Positions 33,815 to 47,170 of a DNA stretch of 64,000 nucleotides are shown piece by piece. Numbering within the stretch: the stretch's first letter is position 1; every line of letters begins with the position of its first letter. Source of the stretch: Nemertoderma westbladi. Its lineage: Eukaryota > Animalia > Xenacoelomorpha. The notes below the pieces were generated by a model. It was given only the letters and a program-made list of their open reading frames with translations. It made no database searches and had not been told where the DNA came from. The stretch is from positions 1-64,000 of the forward strand of contig JAUCBJ010001928.1 of NCBI GenBank assembly GCA_032718475.1, written 5' to 3'. The position numbers and the translations under genes were made by a program.

Positions 33815-35233
33815 ATGGTTATCGATGAAAATAATGTCAACAACCCTGGTTTAATCATCAACGAAGTAAATACGGATAATCAGTTTTCGGTTTCACAGGA
33901 TGACCAAAGTTTCAGCAATTTTTCTGAGGGATCTAGAGGAAGTGCGCTCCTGTCTCTATCAATGAGTCATGTCTATATATCACCTGATGTTGATGGTAGA
34001 AAGATATCCGTGATGGATGCTATATTCAACACAACAAGTGTTTGTCAAGGTATGTTTATGATCAGCCTACCATACTGCCTTTATTTGGGAGGCTATGTGG
34101 GTTTATCAGTGATCCTGTTTGGTACAGTTATATCAGGCTACACTGCCAGTCTGTTAGGTTCATGTTTATATGACATTCGCCCTGATGGCTCTCGACTTCG
34201 GACAAGAAATACTTATGAAGACATCGCTTTAGCTGCATGGAATAACAAATTCAACCTGTATATAATTCGTATTGCCCAATTTATTGATGGGTTCATGGCA
34301 TGTGTCCTGTACCTTGTACTCAGTGGTAGCCTATTAAACAAGGCATTTCCTTGGCTGACCCAACAGGCTGGGCTTGGTATACACACATGGACACTGATAT
34401 CGGCATTCCCAGTATTGTTTTGTGTTTTTCTTCAAAGTTACAAGGTTGTAGCCAAGGTGAGCTTCTGGTGTGCTCTCACAAGTTTCTTTGTTAACGCACT
34501 CATTCTAGGTTATTGCTTCTCTCAGGCTTCAAACTGGAAGTTTAGCGTTATTACTCCTTATGGCGAATCCTATGAATCCTTATCTGTTGCTATCGGTCTC
34601 ATTATTCTTAGCTATGCTGGTCACATTATCTTTCCACCTATGGAGGGATCAATGGCAAAGCCTGAAAAATATAATACAGCGTTGTTTTGGGCCTATGGAA
34701 GTGCAGGAGTTGTAAAGGCCTTCTTTGCATTAATATGTTTCATTACTTTCGCAGAAAACACAGATGAAGTCATTTCTAACAATTTCCATATTCAATGGCT
34801 CAGAATTAGTGCAGATGTGGCACTGGCTATGAAATCGCTCTTGTCATATCCATTGATGTATCTCGCAGGAGTGAGTATGTTGGAAACTTGGGTCTTACCA
34901 AATAGAAATTCTAATGTTTCAACTACAAAATATTGCAGTCTCAAGAAGTCAGAGCTAGCAGTGAGAATTTTGTATCTAATAGCTGGTCTATTAATTGCAT
35001 TGTTTTTGCCATATTTTGCTATCTTATCTGGTCTGGTGGGAAATATAACTGGAATGCTGATTTCGTTTATATTTCCATCATTGTTTAATCTGAAACTCAA
35101 CTGGGTCAAACTCCGTTTGTGGCAGAGAATAGTAGACAGTTTGATTGTAATAGTTGGGAGCGTAACTGGAGGTTTCGGTGTATACTTTTCTGCCTATGCT
35201 CTAGGAAAAGCTGTAGCTAAAGACTTACTTTAA
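33815..35233 (+). CDS. SLC32A1: Vesicular inhibitory amino acid transporter-like (SLC32/VGAT/UNC-47 family), single coding exon, 472 aa
   Basis: NTTSVCQGMFMISLPY...GGY.GL, GYTASLLGSCLYD, R.R.TYEDIA, MACVLYLVLSG, KSLLSYPL; ~10-11 hydrophobic segments. Confidence 0.85.
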   Translation: MVIDENNVNNPGLIINEVNTDNQFSVSQDDQSFSNFSEGSRGSALLSLSMSHVYISPDVDGRKISVMDAIFNTTSVCQGMFMISLPYCLYLGGYVGLSVILFGTVISGYTASLLGSCLYDIRPDGSRLRTRNTYEDIALAAWNNKFNLYIIRIAQFIDGFMACVLYLVLSGSLLNKAFPWLTQQAGLGIHTWTLISAFPVLFCVFLQSYKVVAKVSFWCALTSFFVNALILGYCFSQASNWKFSVITPYGESYESLSVAIGLIILSYAGHIIFPPMEGSMAKPEKYNTALFWAYGSAGVVKAFFALICFITFAENTDEVISNNFHIQWLRISADVALAMKSLLSYPLMYLAGVSMLETWVLPNRNSNVSTTKYCSLKKSELAVRILYLIAGLLIALFLPYFAILSGLVGNITGMLISFIFPSLFNLKLNWVKLRLWQRIVDSLIVIVGSVTGGFGVYFSAYALGKAVAKDLL

Positions 35234-36539
35234 ATCTGATCGAGATTGAATCTAAATTTTTTTGGTATTTATATGTCGTTGTTATCTATTAAATTAATTC
35301 TATTAATTTGTTAATTCTACTATTTTAATTTTAGATCAAAAGTCAAATGTTTACTATTTTACCATCAATAGTGTGCATAGGGATTATGGATTAATGTATG
35401 ACAACTACCAATAAATCGAAAGATTATAATGCTTGTATCTGTTTTGAAGTACTTATTATTTCAATATTTCAAAGTGTCACTACTGTACTCATTCTGCTAT
35501 GCAGAAAATACTGCAATTATTGGAGACAGGCCCATAGGGGGACAGGTTACTAGAAGAGTTAAGCATGCATTTCACCATATACTGTATGCTGTATACTATA
35601 TACTGTATGTTTAACATGTTTGATGTCTTATCACTTTGATAGCAACTAAACTAGAACGCAGCATTAATTCCGTTTTGATTGATGCGGTACTATTGGTACA
35701 GCAATCTTTCCATGTTCATTCATATTTTATTTTAAAACAAATAAATTGCACACCATACTCTATATTCAATTTAATATTTAGATATTTTCGGTTTTCACCT
35801 TAATGAACATGAGTACATGAAGAAATTATTAAAAATGTGGATCTCATTCCCACTGTATGAGCTCGTTCGACCTAGTCATACTAGCAAAGCCCACCACTGC
35901 ACTGCAACCTGTTCATTTACCGCAATCAGTAATAATAGAGTTTGCGGTATTTAGGTAATAACAATTGTAGTAGTTTAATTTTGTTGATGGATAACTATCT
36001 TGTATATGTGGTGATAGATTTCGTATTTTTTAGTTATTTATCCATTCTTAATCAGTATAATATTTGGTGATTGATTTAGTATTTTTTTGGTTATTTATCC
36101 AATCTTTGGTGAATTTTTCAGAATTTTTGCTGATAATATATGATTTTATGGTCGAGTCATTTTGAGTAAATTAAGTAATTTTGGTCATCGAAATTATGAA
36201 TCAGTATCCAAAATGCTATCCATCTACTAAAATATTTGTATTGTATCGAAATATAGTATCTGAATTAAGTTTAATGAGATACTTATTTATGGTACAAAAC
36301 AAATATTTTGGTGATTGATTCATAACATTGGTAATGAAAACCTTCACCTAAACCTTCATCTTTAATCATCATCAAATAAAAAAATGCTTCCACCCGCCAG
36401 AACTGAGGATTGAACCAGATTGGTCTATCTATCTATTTATAATCGACCTACTGCATTGAAGCTGCACATTGAGATGCTGGCTTAAAATAATATTTTACCA
36501 TCACCATGGAATCCACAATTGCAAGTCCAATGCAGTGTG

Positions 36540-36645
36540 CATTAAGAATTATATGCCGGCTTATCAACCAAATTGCACCGTCGCAACTCCTTATCCACCA
36601 TGGCTTTCGCGAGATTATCCGCATCTTCAAGGCCAGTTGTGTTCC
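36540..36645 (-). mobile_element. Diverged 3'-end fragment of the same RTE family
   Basis: Reverse complement reads GLEDADNLAKAMVDKELRRCNLVDKPA, matching 33005-33101. Confidence 0.8.
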
Positions 36646-37377
36646 TTTTATCCATCCTTTTACTTCCAGATTGGTACACAACAAGCATGCCACAATGAAT
36701 TTTGAGTCTCGCGCCATAAACTGTAGTGCCATTATTTGCGTATATTTTATATTTAATTCAGATGGTCCAGTTCTGTACAATATCAAACTAGATACAGAAA
36801 TGGCATATTGATCAGTCATTCTGTGTATCAAAATATAAGTAAGCACATCATCACATAACTACAATTCTGGCAAAGGGGGCTTATCTGTACATTGATTTCA
36901 AATCTGATGATAGTTTTGAGGTTTGATTGCTTCTGTCTGTCTGTTTGTCCATCAATGAGTCTGTCAAAATATATGAACTATGGGGTTTTTTTTCTGGTTG
37001 TTAATTTAAAATCTGATGTCAGTTTTGACGTACAATGGTATCCTTGTATTGTCCGTAAAGATATTTCTGTTAAAATATAAGAATGCCAAACACCAAAATG
37101 AAATTCTCAGTATGGGGGCTTTTCTGGTCGTTGACCGACTGTTCGTGCATGTCAGCCAAAATATAAGAAAGCACATCACCTATCTAAAATTCGCACGTGT
37201 TTTCATGGTCAGTATTTGGTTTTCAAAGCAGTGTTAGGCTATACTGTACTATCGACTATTGGTTCGGATATCGAGATCTACTATATCTATGCATACTCTA
37301 TTAAAATATATTCCACCGATGAAAAACATTAAATTTGCAATATTTCATGTATTAATTCATATACCTATGCAAATTAA

Positions 37378-38372
37378 GTGTAAACGTTATGCCCATGCCC
37401 AAACCCAAAACCCATACTAATGCCCAAAACCATGCACAAAACCCATACCCAAAACCCATGCCCAAAACCCATGCCCAAAACCCATGCACGAAACCCATGC
37501 CCAAAACCCATGCCTAAGTTTCAGTTAATGAATACTGAATGTGGTAGATACGTCGCCACATCCGAATTTTACCGATTTGCGAGATGTTGAATCCTCTAAC
37601 AACAACCCATAATCGGTCGAAGGAGTGTCCCACTCTTCCCACAAAGTATCACTAACAAGCGTAAATATTTTTATCCCGCCTGTTGGCTGAGGCTCTGGTC
37701 TTTGTCTCGATCTAGCAATTCCTTTTGGGGCTGTTCAGTTCATAGAGTCTTCTCTTAATCTCTGCATCTATACCGATAGGCCAAATTAAGTAATTGTATA
37801 TGATTCAGACAATCATATGCAATTACTTAATTTAAGGTATCCGATTCTATTTAGAATCGTATCATAATATGTCAATCAGAATCATATTAGAGTACTCATT
37901 AGCCAATACTCTACAGTAATTTAGCTTAATATAATATCTACGCATTAACAGCAATAGAGTAGGTCTATTAAAGGCAACCGAATATTGCTGGGAAGCTAAA
38001 TTGGCTTATAACAGCGTAAGCTACCGTACTAACAGTATCAGTGTGTAGTACAGTTTAAAAGTATTTTTAGATTATTTATTTTTCACTAATAAAAAATTAA
38101 TAAAACACTATACCATAACAGTACAGCAGTACAAAATACTTGGCTTTCTAGGCCTCCAGTTATTTGATAGCCATAAACTTCGGCTATAAGCTACCTTGGG
38201 TATGACTTTGGGTATGGCTTTTTGGTTTTGCTTTTGAGCATGGGTTTTGGGCGTGTGTTTTGGCATGGGTTTTGGGCATGGGTTTTGTGTTTGAGCATGG
38301 GTATTGGTTTTGGGCATGGGTTTTGCGCATGGGTTTGTGCATGGGTTTTGGGCATTGGAATAACGTTTACAC
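37378..38372. mobile_element. MITE/foldback-like element with subterminal 13-bp repeat arrays
   Basis: Inverted ends GTGTAAACGTTAT; (GCCCAAAACCCAT)n at 37390-37515, inverted at 38195-38355. Confidence 0.7.
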
Positions 38373-38769
38373 CCATGAAAATTCTCTAATAAACATTTTT
38401 CGCATTTTATTTTTAAATTTTTTATTTTCAATTTTTTTTTTAAAATCCGATTACAAAAAACCATAGACAATGAATGACAATAAATTAATTTAAGAATGTT
38501 TTTTTTCCTGTTGTCTTTGGATACAAGCAAAAACTCAATTTATTAATATTTTGGTGTTGTTTCGCTGTTTCCACCTTATAAAGCAAATTCTTTATTTATC
38601 TCAAAATGTGAAATTTTGCCTAATTTTCAAAAAATGTACATTATTTATCTTATATGTTGACTAAAGTTTGCATTAAGTGCTTTATTATCAACTTTTTTAA
38701 ATCGAACACCTAACTATTAAATGATATACTTTTAATAGATTTGTACCAAGTGGTGCTTTATACACACAC

Positions 38770-38900
38770 AATTCCACCAAAATTCATCTTAAAATGGTTT
38801 GCTTATAATTGGTGTTCAACAAGTAGTAGTTTAACAATTCCAACAAAATTCATCTCAAAATGGTTTGCTTATAATTGGTGTTCAACAAGTAGTAGTTTAT
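38770..38900. repeat. ~66-bp tandem duplication
   Basis: ACAATTCCA..AAAATTCATCT.AAAATGGTTTGCTTATAATTGGTGTTCAACAAGTAGTAGTTT twice. Confidence 0.85.
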
Positions 38901-40066
38901 AATCTATGATGGTGTGTGAGTTTCTTTTTATTTAACCAAGACCAGTATGATTAGGAATGCTTATAGTGAGAATGATTACTTTAAAGTGATCTCAATTTTA
39001 TTACTCATGGATGACATTTAAGCTACAGGCAGCAGTTGCATTGCCTTATTTGACTATTGTGAAGCATTGGAATGCCAATAAATTAAAATGATTATTTCAT
39101 TATGATTAATGGGGATTTCTTTCAAGATTATGTGATGTCAACTTGCTTAGGTATTAATATAAATTTTTGTACGCACTATGTTTATCTGGGTTCAATCTTC
39201 ACAGGGAATGCGGGCAACTAAAATCAGTATTAAATTGTGGGACCGAAAATTGAGGAATGAGCAAACAAATCTGCAATATTTTGTGGAAGAATACAACATC
39301 GAATTTTGTATTCAGAGGTGAATATTTACTAATGATTCCCAAGCTTTACTTTACAGTATAAAATCATAGGTTTTCAGATAGCAGAGCAGTTTTACTGAAG
39401 TATTTAAATAGTATGGTGCGATGTTTGATACTATCTGTGCATTGAGCATGAGCAGGCACAAACGGCAATTAACACCCACATACACCCCTACACACCTACT
39501 TTTATAAAACGGCCATAGTATAATTGTAACAGTTCGCTGATGGCTCGCAGTTTTGACTCGCCCCACATGTTTCTTATTGGGATTGGTATAGCCCCACTGC
39601 CACTATCATATTGATTGCTGCATGCAATGAGGAAGTCATTCTTAACAAGATTCTCAAGAATTAGCATTTGGAGATGGAAATTCCATTCCATGTGGATTTT
39701 GATATGTGAAAAACACAGCCTCAGGATTTAAATTTATTCAGAGTTGACATAACTGTTCATTCTTGAATAATGACAAGACATGATGAATTGACAAAGTGCA
39801 ACAACATATTATGACATTGCACAACATATTGAAAAAAAGGATTAAATTGCAAGTATATTTACACGAATCATAACCCATACATTCCAGAAAAAATTAAAAT
39901 AATTGTAGTACTAGTTTAAAGATGAACTGGGATGCTGTGTCAGTACTTCATCCAACATCCTGCTTTAATGTTCACTAACTATTTCTTTATGAGTTAAATA
40001 TAGTGTGAGCCAAGCTTCCCTACACATCTGATTTGATTTATGCTCTAAGAATAACATAATATTTAA

Positions 40067-40955
40067 CCCTATTTGACCCAGGAGGGGGGGGGGGGGGGGG
40101 ATTTTAGAAATTCATATGTATCTTTGAGTCAGATTTGTTGGGAAAGCAGAGATTTTGTGACTTTTCATAAAATTTAATGGTTTATCCAACAGAGCAAATG
40201 CCATTACTTATACGGCTATGTTAGTTTTCGTCTGTGGTCCCTCTCTGGGACGCATGTCCAGTATTTTTGTGTTAAAATTTTCAAAAGTTTTTCAGGCTCA
40301 CTAAAATTAATTTCGCTGCTCACGATTGTGACACTGAAATATATCGTACCTTGTCGATTTGGGCATTTTTGGATACGTGTCAATGTGCGGCGCATGAAAA
40401 ATAGAAATAGCATAAATTTGATAATCAAAAATGACATTGGGGGTTTTCCACGATGCTGATCACGAATATGACACTCGAAAATATCGTATTATCTAACCAA
40501 ATTCGATTTATGCCGTTTGAAATTTTATGCTACTTGTATTTTTCATCCCACCAGACAAGCACCAAAAACGATAGTTGCATTACCACATGATTTTGCATGG
40601 AATGATTTTGTATCATTTTTGTTGTATCATGATCATCGACCTTGAAAACCCGTATACCTTCAGAATTACAAAATCAAAGGCAAAATTTAAAGTTTGTAAT
40701 TTTGCTACTTGTACTTTTCATTCTGGGGCTCCAGAACGGCACCGAAAATGATGTTTGCATTACCAGGAATATTTTCAACTAGTTTCATCGTGATCAGCGA
40801 CCTCGGAAACCCATATTCCTTCAGAATTATCAAACCAATAAGAAGACTTTTTAGTTTAACATTTTTTACTTGTACTTTTCATACTGGGGGACCGAAATAG
40901 CACCAAGAATGATGGTTGCATTGCCAGGAAATACTCTATTGTGATCAGCGACCTA
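40067..40955 (+). mobile_element. TTAA-type (piggyBac/Kolobok-like) non-autonomous element end with three ~120-160-bp internal repeats
   Basis: TTAA|CCCTATTTGACCCAGG(G)n start; TACTTGTACTTTTCAT...GCACC.AAAATGAT..TTGCATT...GATCAGCGACCT three times; possible far end TAGGG|TTAA at 42365 is weak. Confidence 0.45.
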
Positions 40956-42664
40956 ATATCGGGATCGAACATTTAAAATGACCTGCCCAGCCCAGGGCCA
41001 ATTACGTAGTGAAAATAACCCGGGCCAGATCAAGGCCATTGTGACGGGACTGGTAGAGTTGACAGTTTCAGTCCCGACCGGTGAAGGTTGTACGCGTCGT
41101 CGCGTTTGCAAGCTGCTGGCTTGTTGCTGGATATGTGAGGCCAAAGGCCGTTGAAAATAAAGGGTTAAATTCTCAGTGTTGATAATCACAGCAGTTAATA
41201 GTAGCACAGTCTGAATGTCATAATATCCGATGCACAATAACAGTAACAACGATATAGTAATGATCTAATAACGACGACGGTCAAAACTATAGTTGTCAAA
41301 ACTATAGTATAAAACTATAGTTTGATAGATATAGATATACTGTATGATCACATAAAGGTAGATATTTTAATATCATGCGCGGTCGGCCAGAATTATTATT
41401 TGATGTAGATTAGACGAGACATATGCTTTTATATGAAGATGATCATGTGGACCTGCTTGAGTGGGAAGCTATGAATGGTGGCGATGGATGTAAAAGTGAA
41501 GCAAGTAGTAATGCGGGCATCGAAATAATGTTTGATGTTGTTGATAACATTGAGGTCAATAATGTCTGCAATTTCAAGATTGTTGAGCCAGAGATATCAT
41601 CAGATGACAACTCAGTGGATGATGTTGTTGAAAGGTATATCCCACATATTAAGAAACAGAAAGCCTCATCATATCCAGATTATGTTCCATCACCTGAATA
41701 AAGTGTCAACTAGATCAAGGTGTGAGTGGTGGTTGTGGGTGGGTTCAAGTGGTGGTGCTGGGGAGGGTGCAGTGCGACTGGTGGTGGTGGTGATTTGTGG
41801 TGGCACATTGCAACCTTCGAACCTTCTTATTTATGATACTGCCTCTGGGGTTTATTACATATCCTCGACTGGTGCAATCATTCGACAGCAGGTTCTCTGA
41901 ACGAAAACCGGAGGTCTAGTGGGAAGGGAGGTAGATATTCTACTAGAGGAGCACACAGGAATCGGATCAGGGACTTCCGATATTATCATTCCCTATGATG
42001 GAAGTCTCCTTACAAGTAAAGTGTTCCTTTTTCACTTTTCTACTTCACTTTTCATAGAAGTGTTCACTTATGAGTGTTCCAACATTCATATCGGAATAGT
42101 AAATTAAATACATGGGTAGGTAGCAATTTATGATATTATTTATGACCAGCTGATCAAGGGGGTGAGCAGGCCTTGTATTATGATGGCCTTGGCCAGATAG
42201 GCTTAAGTAATTTTATTATTAAAGAAGCATGAGAGCTATTATTTTCATTATAAATAATTTCCAACATCAGCTGCTTTTATTACCTATCATCGAACTAACA
42301 ATTATTGCTTACATTGGGTGGTTATGTAATTCACTAATTTCCATGCAGAGATTATTGTATTAGGGTTAATATGGAGTTTAATAGGGAAATAACTGAATAA
42401 TTAAAAATTTACAAATGTTCCCAATGTACAGTACGCAAAAAGAAGAATTTTCATGATATTCGAGCATGTCAGTGATTAATATATATATAATATAATATAA
42501 TCTCTATTAAAACCTGAAGTAGATTAGAGGTTAGATTAAAAAAACCTTGAAATTCGAGTAATATTACCCATATTGACGTTTGGATGATAGTTCTGTGCAT
42601 TTACAAGTCATGTGATTTTATAAGTTGAAATTGTTTTATTAATCTTTATCTTTAATTAAGCAAA

Positions 42665-42814
42665 TCATCCCTGACCATCTACCTCCATTTCATACCCTTT
42701 TATAAGATTGTAAGTGATTATTCTGAATAACATTATCCAAGCTTCTTCCACTGCAGTTGACCAAACGCTTGACAAACTTGGTTTGATTGTGTCGAAAAAC
42801 TGCCTTCCAAATAC
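42665..42814 (-). CDS. Globin X-like gene A, last exon
   Basis: cag|VFGRQFFDTIKPSLSSVWSTAVEEAWIMLFRIITYNLIKGYEMEVDGQG*; phase 0 matches the preceding exon. Confidence 0.88.
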   Translation of the reverse strand, partial: VFGRQFFDTIKPSLSSVWSTAVEEAWIMLFRIITYNLIKGYEMEVDGQG

Positions 42815-43723
42815 CTGCATAGGAACCATACGTTTACTGAATTAATAATACTAGATATATATATTATTTCATTTTTGATTATTTTTCTCAATATAGGGTA
42901 CATAAACTATTCTTAGTTATATGTATATGCAGGTATACATATTAATGGTTAACTTGCAGTGTTCAAAGGACTTACTTGTATTGTAAGTTCTATTATAATA
43001 ATTCACGAAATGAATCGGAGTTGAGCTGTTAATGCAAATGCAATTAATTATATTATAATATATATAATTTTGTACAAAAACAGAGAAAATGAGGAAGCAT
43101 GTCGCCGGTCATTGAACCATTGGTTTGTACGTTTCGGTCAATCATGCCTCGTTATGGGATATGCAACTTAAGACTGCTTGTTCAGTAGAAGTGGATTAAA
43201 TAGGAAAGCACCGATATTCAGGGGAGAGTCGCTGAACTGGTTTGCGCTACTGGCGAGGAATGACTCACATATAGCGCTGGTTCAACCACCCAGTGGCAGG
43301 CTTCCTCATTTCTGAAAAAAAATTATATTATAATATAATAATTCATAGCTGTTTGCGATCTCAAGTTTTAAGACTATACACTAATATTATGAATTTCAAA
43401 TTTTATAAAGAAATATTTTTCCTCCTTCCCTGCCCTAAATAACCATGGAGATTACACATTGTTTCATAAACATTGTATTGGCCAATACAATGCTGTAATG
43501 TCCTAGTTGAGTAATGTTACAATTTTGGAATAAAATATTAAACCTCCACTAATATTGTAAGTATCATCTTCTTAAGGAAGCTGTACGGCTCGCATCCAAT
43601 AAGTATTCAAATTAGGTTGGGTGGATTGTGCCCCCCCCCCCCCCCCCCCCCACCACTCCATCCTTAAATAAAGTGTGACATACCTACCCCTTTCGAAATT
43701 TCTGAATCCGCCACTGATGTGTA

Positions 43724-44280
43724 GTGATGTACCTCAGTCATTTGCGGTTACGTCAACCAGAAATTCCCACATTTCGCACATTTGGGGAAATGATAAACAA
43801 ATATAAAATTCCTTTTAACCATGGGTTTAAGAATATGATTCTTATAAACTCCATACCAATAGCATACCGCACTCGCCTGAAGTTAGAGTACAAGGGCCCA
43901 AAGTTACTAAATGCCTATGTGACAATTTCCTCTGAAACTCCAGCTAGACGAGCTTATCAACTTTTCATTTAAAAAAAGTCCAAATTGATGTTTGAGCCGT
44001 TGACAAATGGTCTGGAAAATTTTCAATAAATATTTCAATAGAAAATTGTAATCATTGGTGGAAAATTGCGAAAAATAGCTCCCATGATATTCGATTATGG
44101 AACTTTCCATATCATTTGTTACATCGAAGAATCCCGACAGACAGTTTTCTAGCTAGGATTAACACTTCATTCCGGGTTATGTTCTTTCTGTAGAACTTCA
44201 GAGGAAACATACACACATCTGTTTTGGGATTGCATGCATACACAAAACATACAAAAATTTTATAACAAGTCTGCGATCAT
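43724..44280 (+). pseudogene. Decayed L1/Tx1 ORF2 C-terminal (zf-RVT-like) fragment in globin intron
   Basis: LWNFPYHLLHRRIPTDSFLARI...EETYTHLFWDC with stops and frameshifts. Confidence 0.7.
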
Positions 44281-45821
44281 GGGGCTGCGGGAAACCACAG
44301 TTTTTCAGAAAAATCATAGGAAAAATCCTAGGTTTTAGTGGCAAGGTTCCAAAGCTGGTAAATGTAATTTTATTGATATCTAAATACTATATTTATTGTG
44401 AAAAATTTAGAGAAATGCTAAATCGTCTTCCTTCTGGTGTAAACTAATTCATCGTTATGCTGGAGTCACACTGTGACATCTTTATTAAGACGTGGGGGGC
44501 GGCTATATATGATTTTATGCATCGAGTCTAGCTAGCTCCTTTGGGTCATTTTTACTCGATTGACTAAATAGTCTGTTTTCCTTGGTGGTAACAGCTTATA
44601 TCAACGGCGCTATTTATATCTATAATATCATTGTTCTTTTTTGTCGGTTATTTTATACTAAATATATTAATGATGTATGTTAGACCCTAGATATGTGGTA
44701 GGTCAGCTTTTCAGTTTTATTCTTAAATAAGGTAAGTTAACAGTGTTGAGTGATTATATATGTAGTATATCATTATAGTAGAGTAGAAATTAGCTACAGT
44801 AAGTAAAGAGACTCTCTCGGGGTGAAAGAATTTGTTATTTTAAATAACAAGTAGGTTTAAAATAGACCATATAATGTTATATGTTTTTTTGTGTTAGATT
44901 GTGCATTTTAGCAAATGTGCAAATTTTGACGAAATCCGTATTTAGTGGAGGAAGTTAATAAAATTAAAAATAAAAAATAATGACCCTCTCACTAAAAATG
45001 TTGCAAACAAAATCAATCCTGAGTTCATTTCAATTCACGACATTTCAGAATAATTATAATACCTGAGCATGTTATCAAAGTATTTTGAAAAAATGAAATA
45101 GAAAATTAATAAAAATTTAAGAATAGTATTAAAAGTAAATAATGATTAATTAGAAGAAACCCTCTTTATTATTATTATTATTATATAGTTGTAATTTATC
45201 CTAATCTGTACTCCAATTCGCATTTCAGTCTACACTCACATCCCACGAGGTACTTAATTATATTGTATCTTTTAATTTTATGAGTGACGACATCACATGG
45301 AGTTTCAAAGCGGTGTATTCCTAAATCTTGCATGGTCTCAGCACTGAGTTCCTTTTGAACTGCTGGTCTTAGATTATTCTTTGCTCCCGGTTGAATTCCA
45401 TTGTTTGTGTTGCTCCCGGTTGAATTCCATTGTTGGTGCTGAGACTATGAAATTTTGAAATTTTCATTCCGAACTGCAGTAGTCAGAGGCATAGAATATG
45501 ATACCACTATTACCAATAAGTCACTGCATATGCATAACCTACTGGTAATTCCAAAACAATGTGTTAGATTCACTGGTAAGGTAGAATGGTAAGATGTATG
45601 ACAACTCAGAACAATATCCTATATGTGGTGGACCTTGGGCACCAACAGAATATTCATACCAATGGGTTATATTTCTCCATATGGGCACCAACAGAATATT
45701 CTTGCCAGTTGGTTATATCTCTATAAGTGCAGAAAGATCCAATTTCCAAAGTATTTATATGATTTTAATTTAACTTAAATTTTAAATTTGAATTTATTTT
45801 TACTTGAAATGAGTCACCAAC

Positions 45822-46038
45822 CTCTATTAAGTATGGGTTTGCCTTGTACTTTACATGTTTCTTGCCAATTTCGACAATGGATATACATGTCGGTCCATCA
45901 TCCTCCAGTCTGGCAATGACTCTGGTTAAAAACCCCATAATCCTCATACCATGTTGTTTCAGTTGCGTTTCTAATTCGGCAGGATTAGCACCAGCATGAA
46001 TAAATATTTTTTTGCACTCTGGGTGGTCTTCCAACAAC
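45822..46038 (-). CDS. Globin X-like gene A, central exon (217 nt; B12.2 to G7.0)
   Basis: ag|G LLEDHPECKKIF...LKQHGMRIMGFLTRVIARL...EIGKKHVKYKANPYLIE|gt; distal E7 and proximal F8 His present. Confidence 0.88.
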
Positions 46039-46099
46039 CTGTGGGTTTTATAAAGACTATTATTAGCTGGAATGTGTATGGAGAACTATATATGGTAGG

Positions 46100-47170
46100 C
46101 TTATATATATTTGTAAGCATAAATAAAATAATAAATAAATAAAATATTATTTTAAATAAACCTAGATCGACCTCAGAAAAAAATTCATATATCACTTTAT
46201 CACTAGCTTTCGATATAATATGTATATATTTTTCAAGTGTTGAGAACCAACTATTTATAAATCAAATAAATTAAATTAAAAATTAAATTAATTAATTAAA
46301 ATTAATTAAAAATTTAATTTAATTATTAAATTTATAAATAGTTGGTTTTCAACACTTGAAAAAGATAAACATATTATATCGAAAGCTAGTGATAAAGTGA
46401 TATAAGAATTTTTTTCTGAGGTCGATCTAGGTTTATTTATTATTTTATTTTTTTTATTTTATTAAATAAAAATATACTATTTTTTATTTATTTAATTTAT
46501 AAATAGTTGGTTTTCAACACTTGAAAAAGATATACATATTATATCGAAAAAGATATACATATTATATCGAAAGCTAGTGATAAAGTGACATATGAATTTT
46601 TTTCTGAGGTCGATCTAGGTTTATTTATTATTTTATTTTTTTTATTTTATTAAATAAAAATATACTATTTTTTATTTATTTAATTTATAAATAGTTGGTT
46701 TTCAACACTTGAAAAAGATATACATATTATATCGAAAGCTAGTGATAAAGTGATATATGAATTTTTTTCTGAGGTCGATCTAGGTTTATTTATTATTTTA
46801 TTTTTTTTATTTTATTAAATAAAAATATACTATTTTTTATTTATTTAATTTATAAATAGTTGGTTCTCAACACTTGAAAAATATAGACATATTATATCGA
46901 AAGCTAGTGATAAAGTGACATATGAATTTTTTTCTGAGGTCGATCTAGGTTTATTTATTATTTTATTTTTTTTATTTTATTAAATAAAAATATACTATTT
47001 TTTATTTATTTAATTTATAAATAGTTGGTTTTCAACACTTGAAAAAGATATACATATTATATCGAAAGCTAGTGATAAAGTGATATATGAATTTTTTTCT
47101 GAGGTCGATCTAGGTTTATTTAAAATAATATTTTATTTATTTATTATTTTATGTGTACAAATATATATAC
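46100..47170. repeat. Foldback with one arm tandemly amplified (~165-bp unit; 1 copy forward, ~5 inverted)
   Basis: 46104-46262 is the reverse complement of ~47010-47170; ATAAATAGTTGGTT recurs at ~46334, 46498, 46687, 46852, 47017. Confidence 0.9.

Noticed and set aside
41423-41701. Acidic 92-aa ORF as piggyBac transposase N-terminus
   Set aside because: No catalytic domain follows and the TIR match at 42365 is only 5 bp
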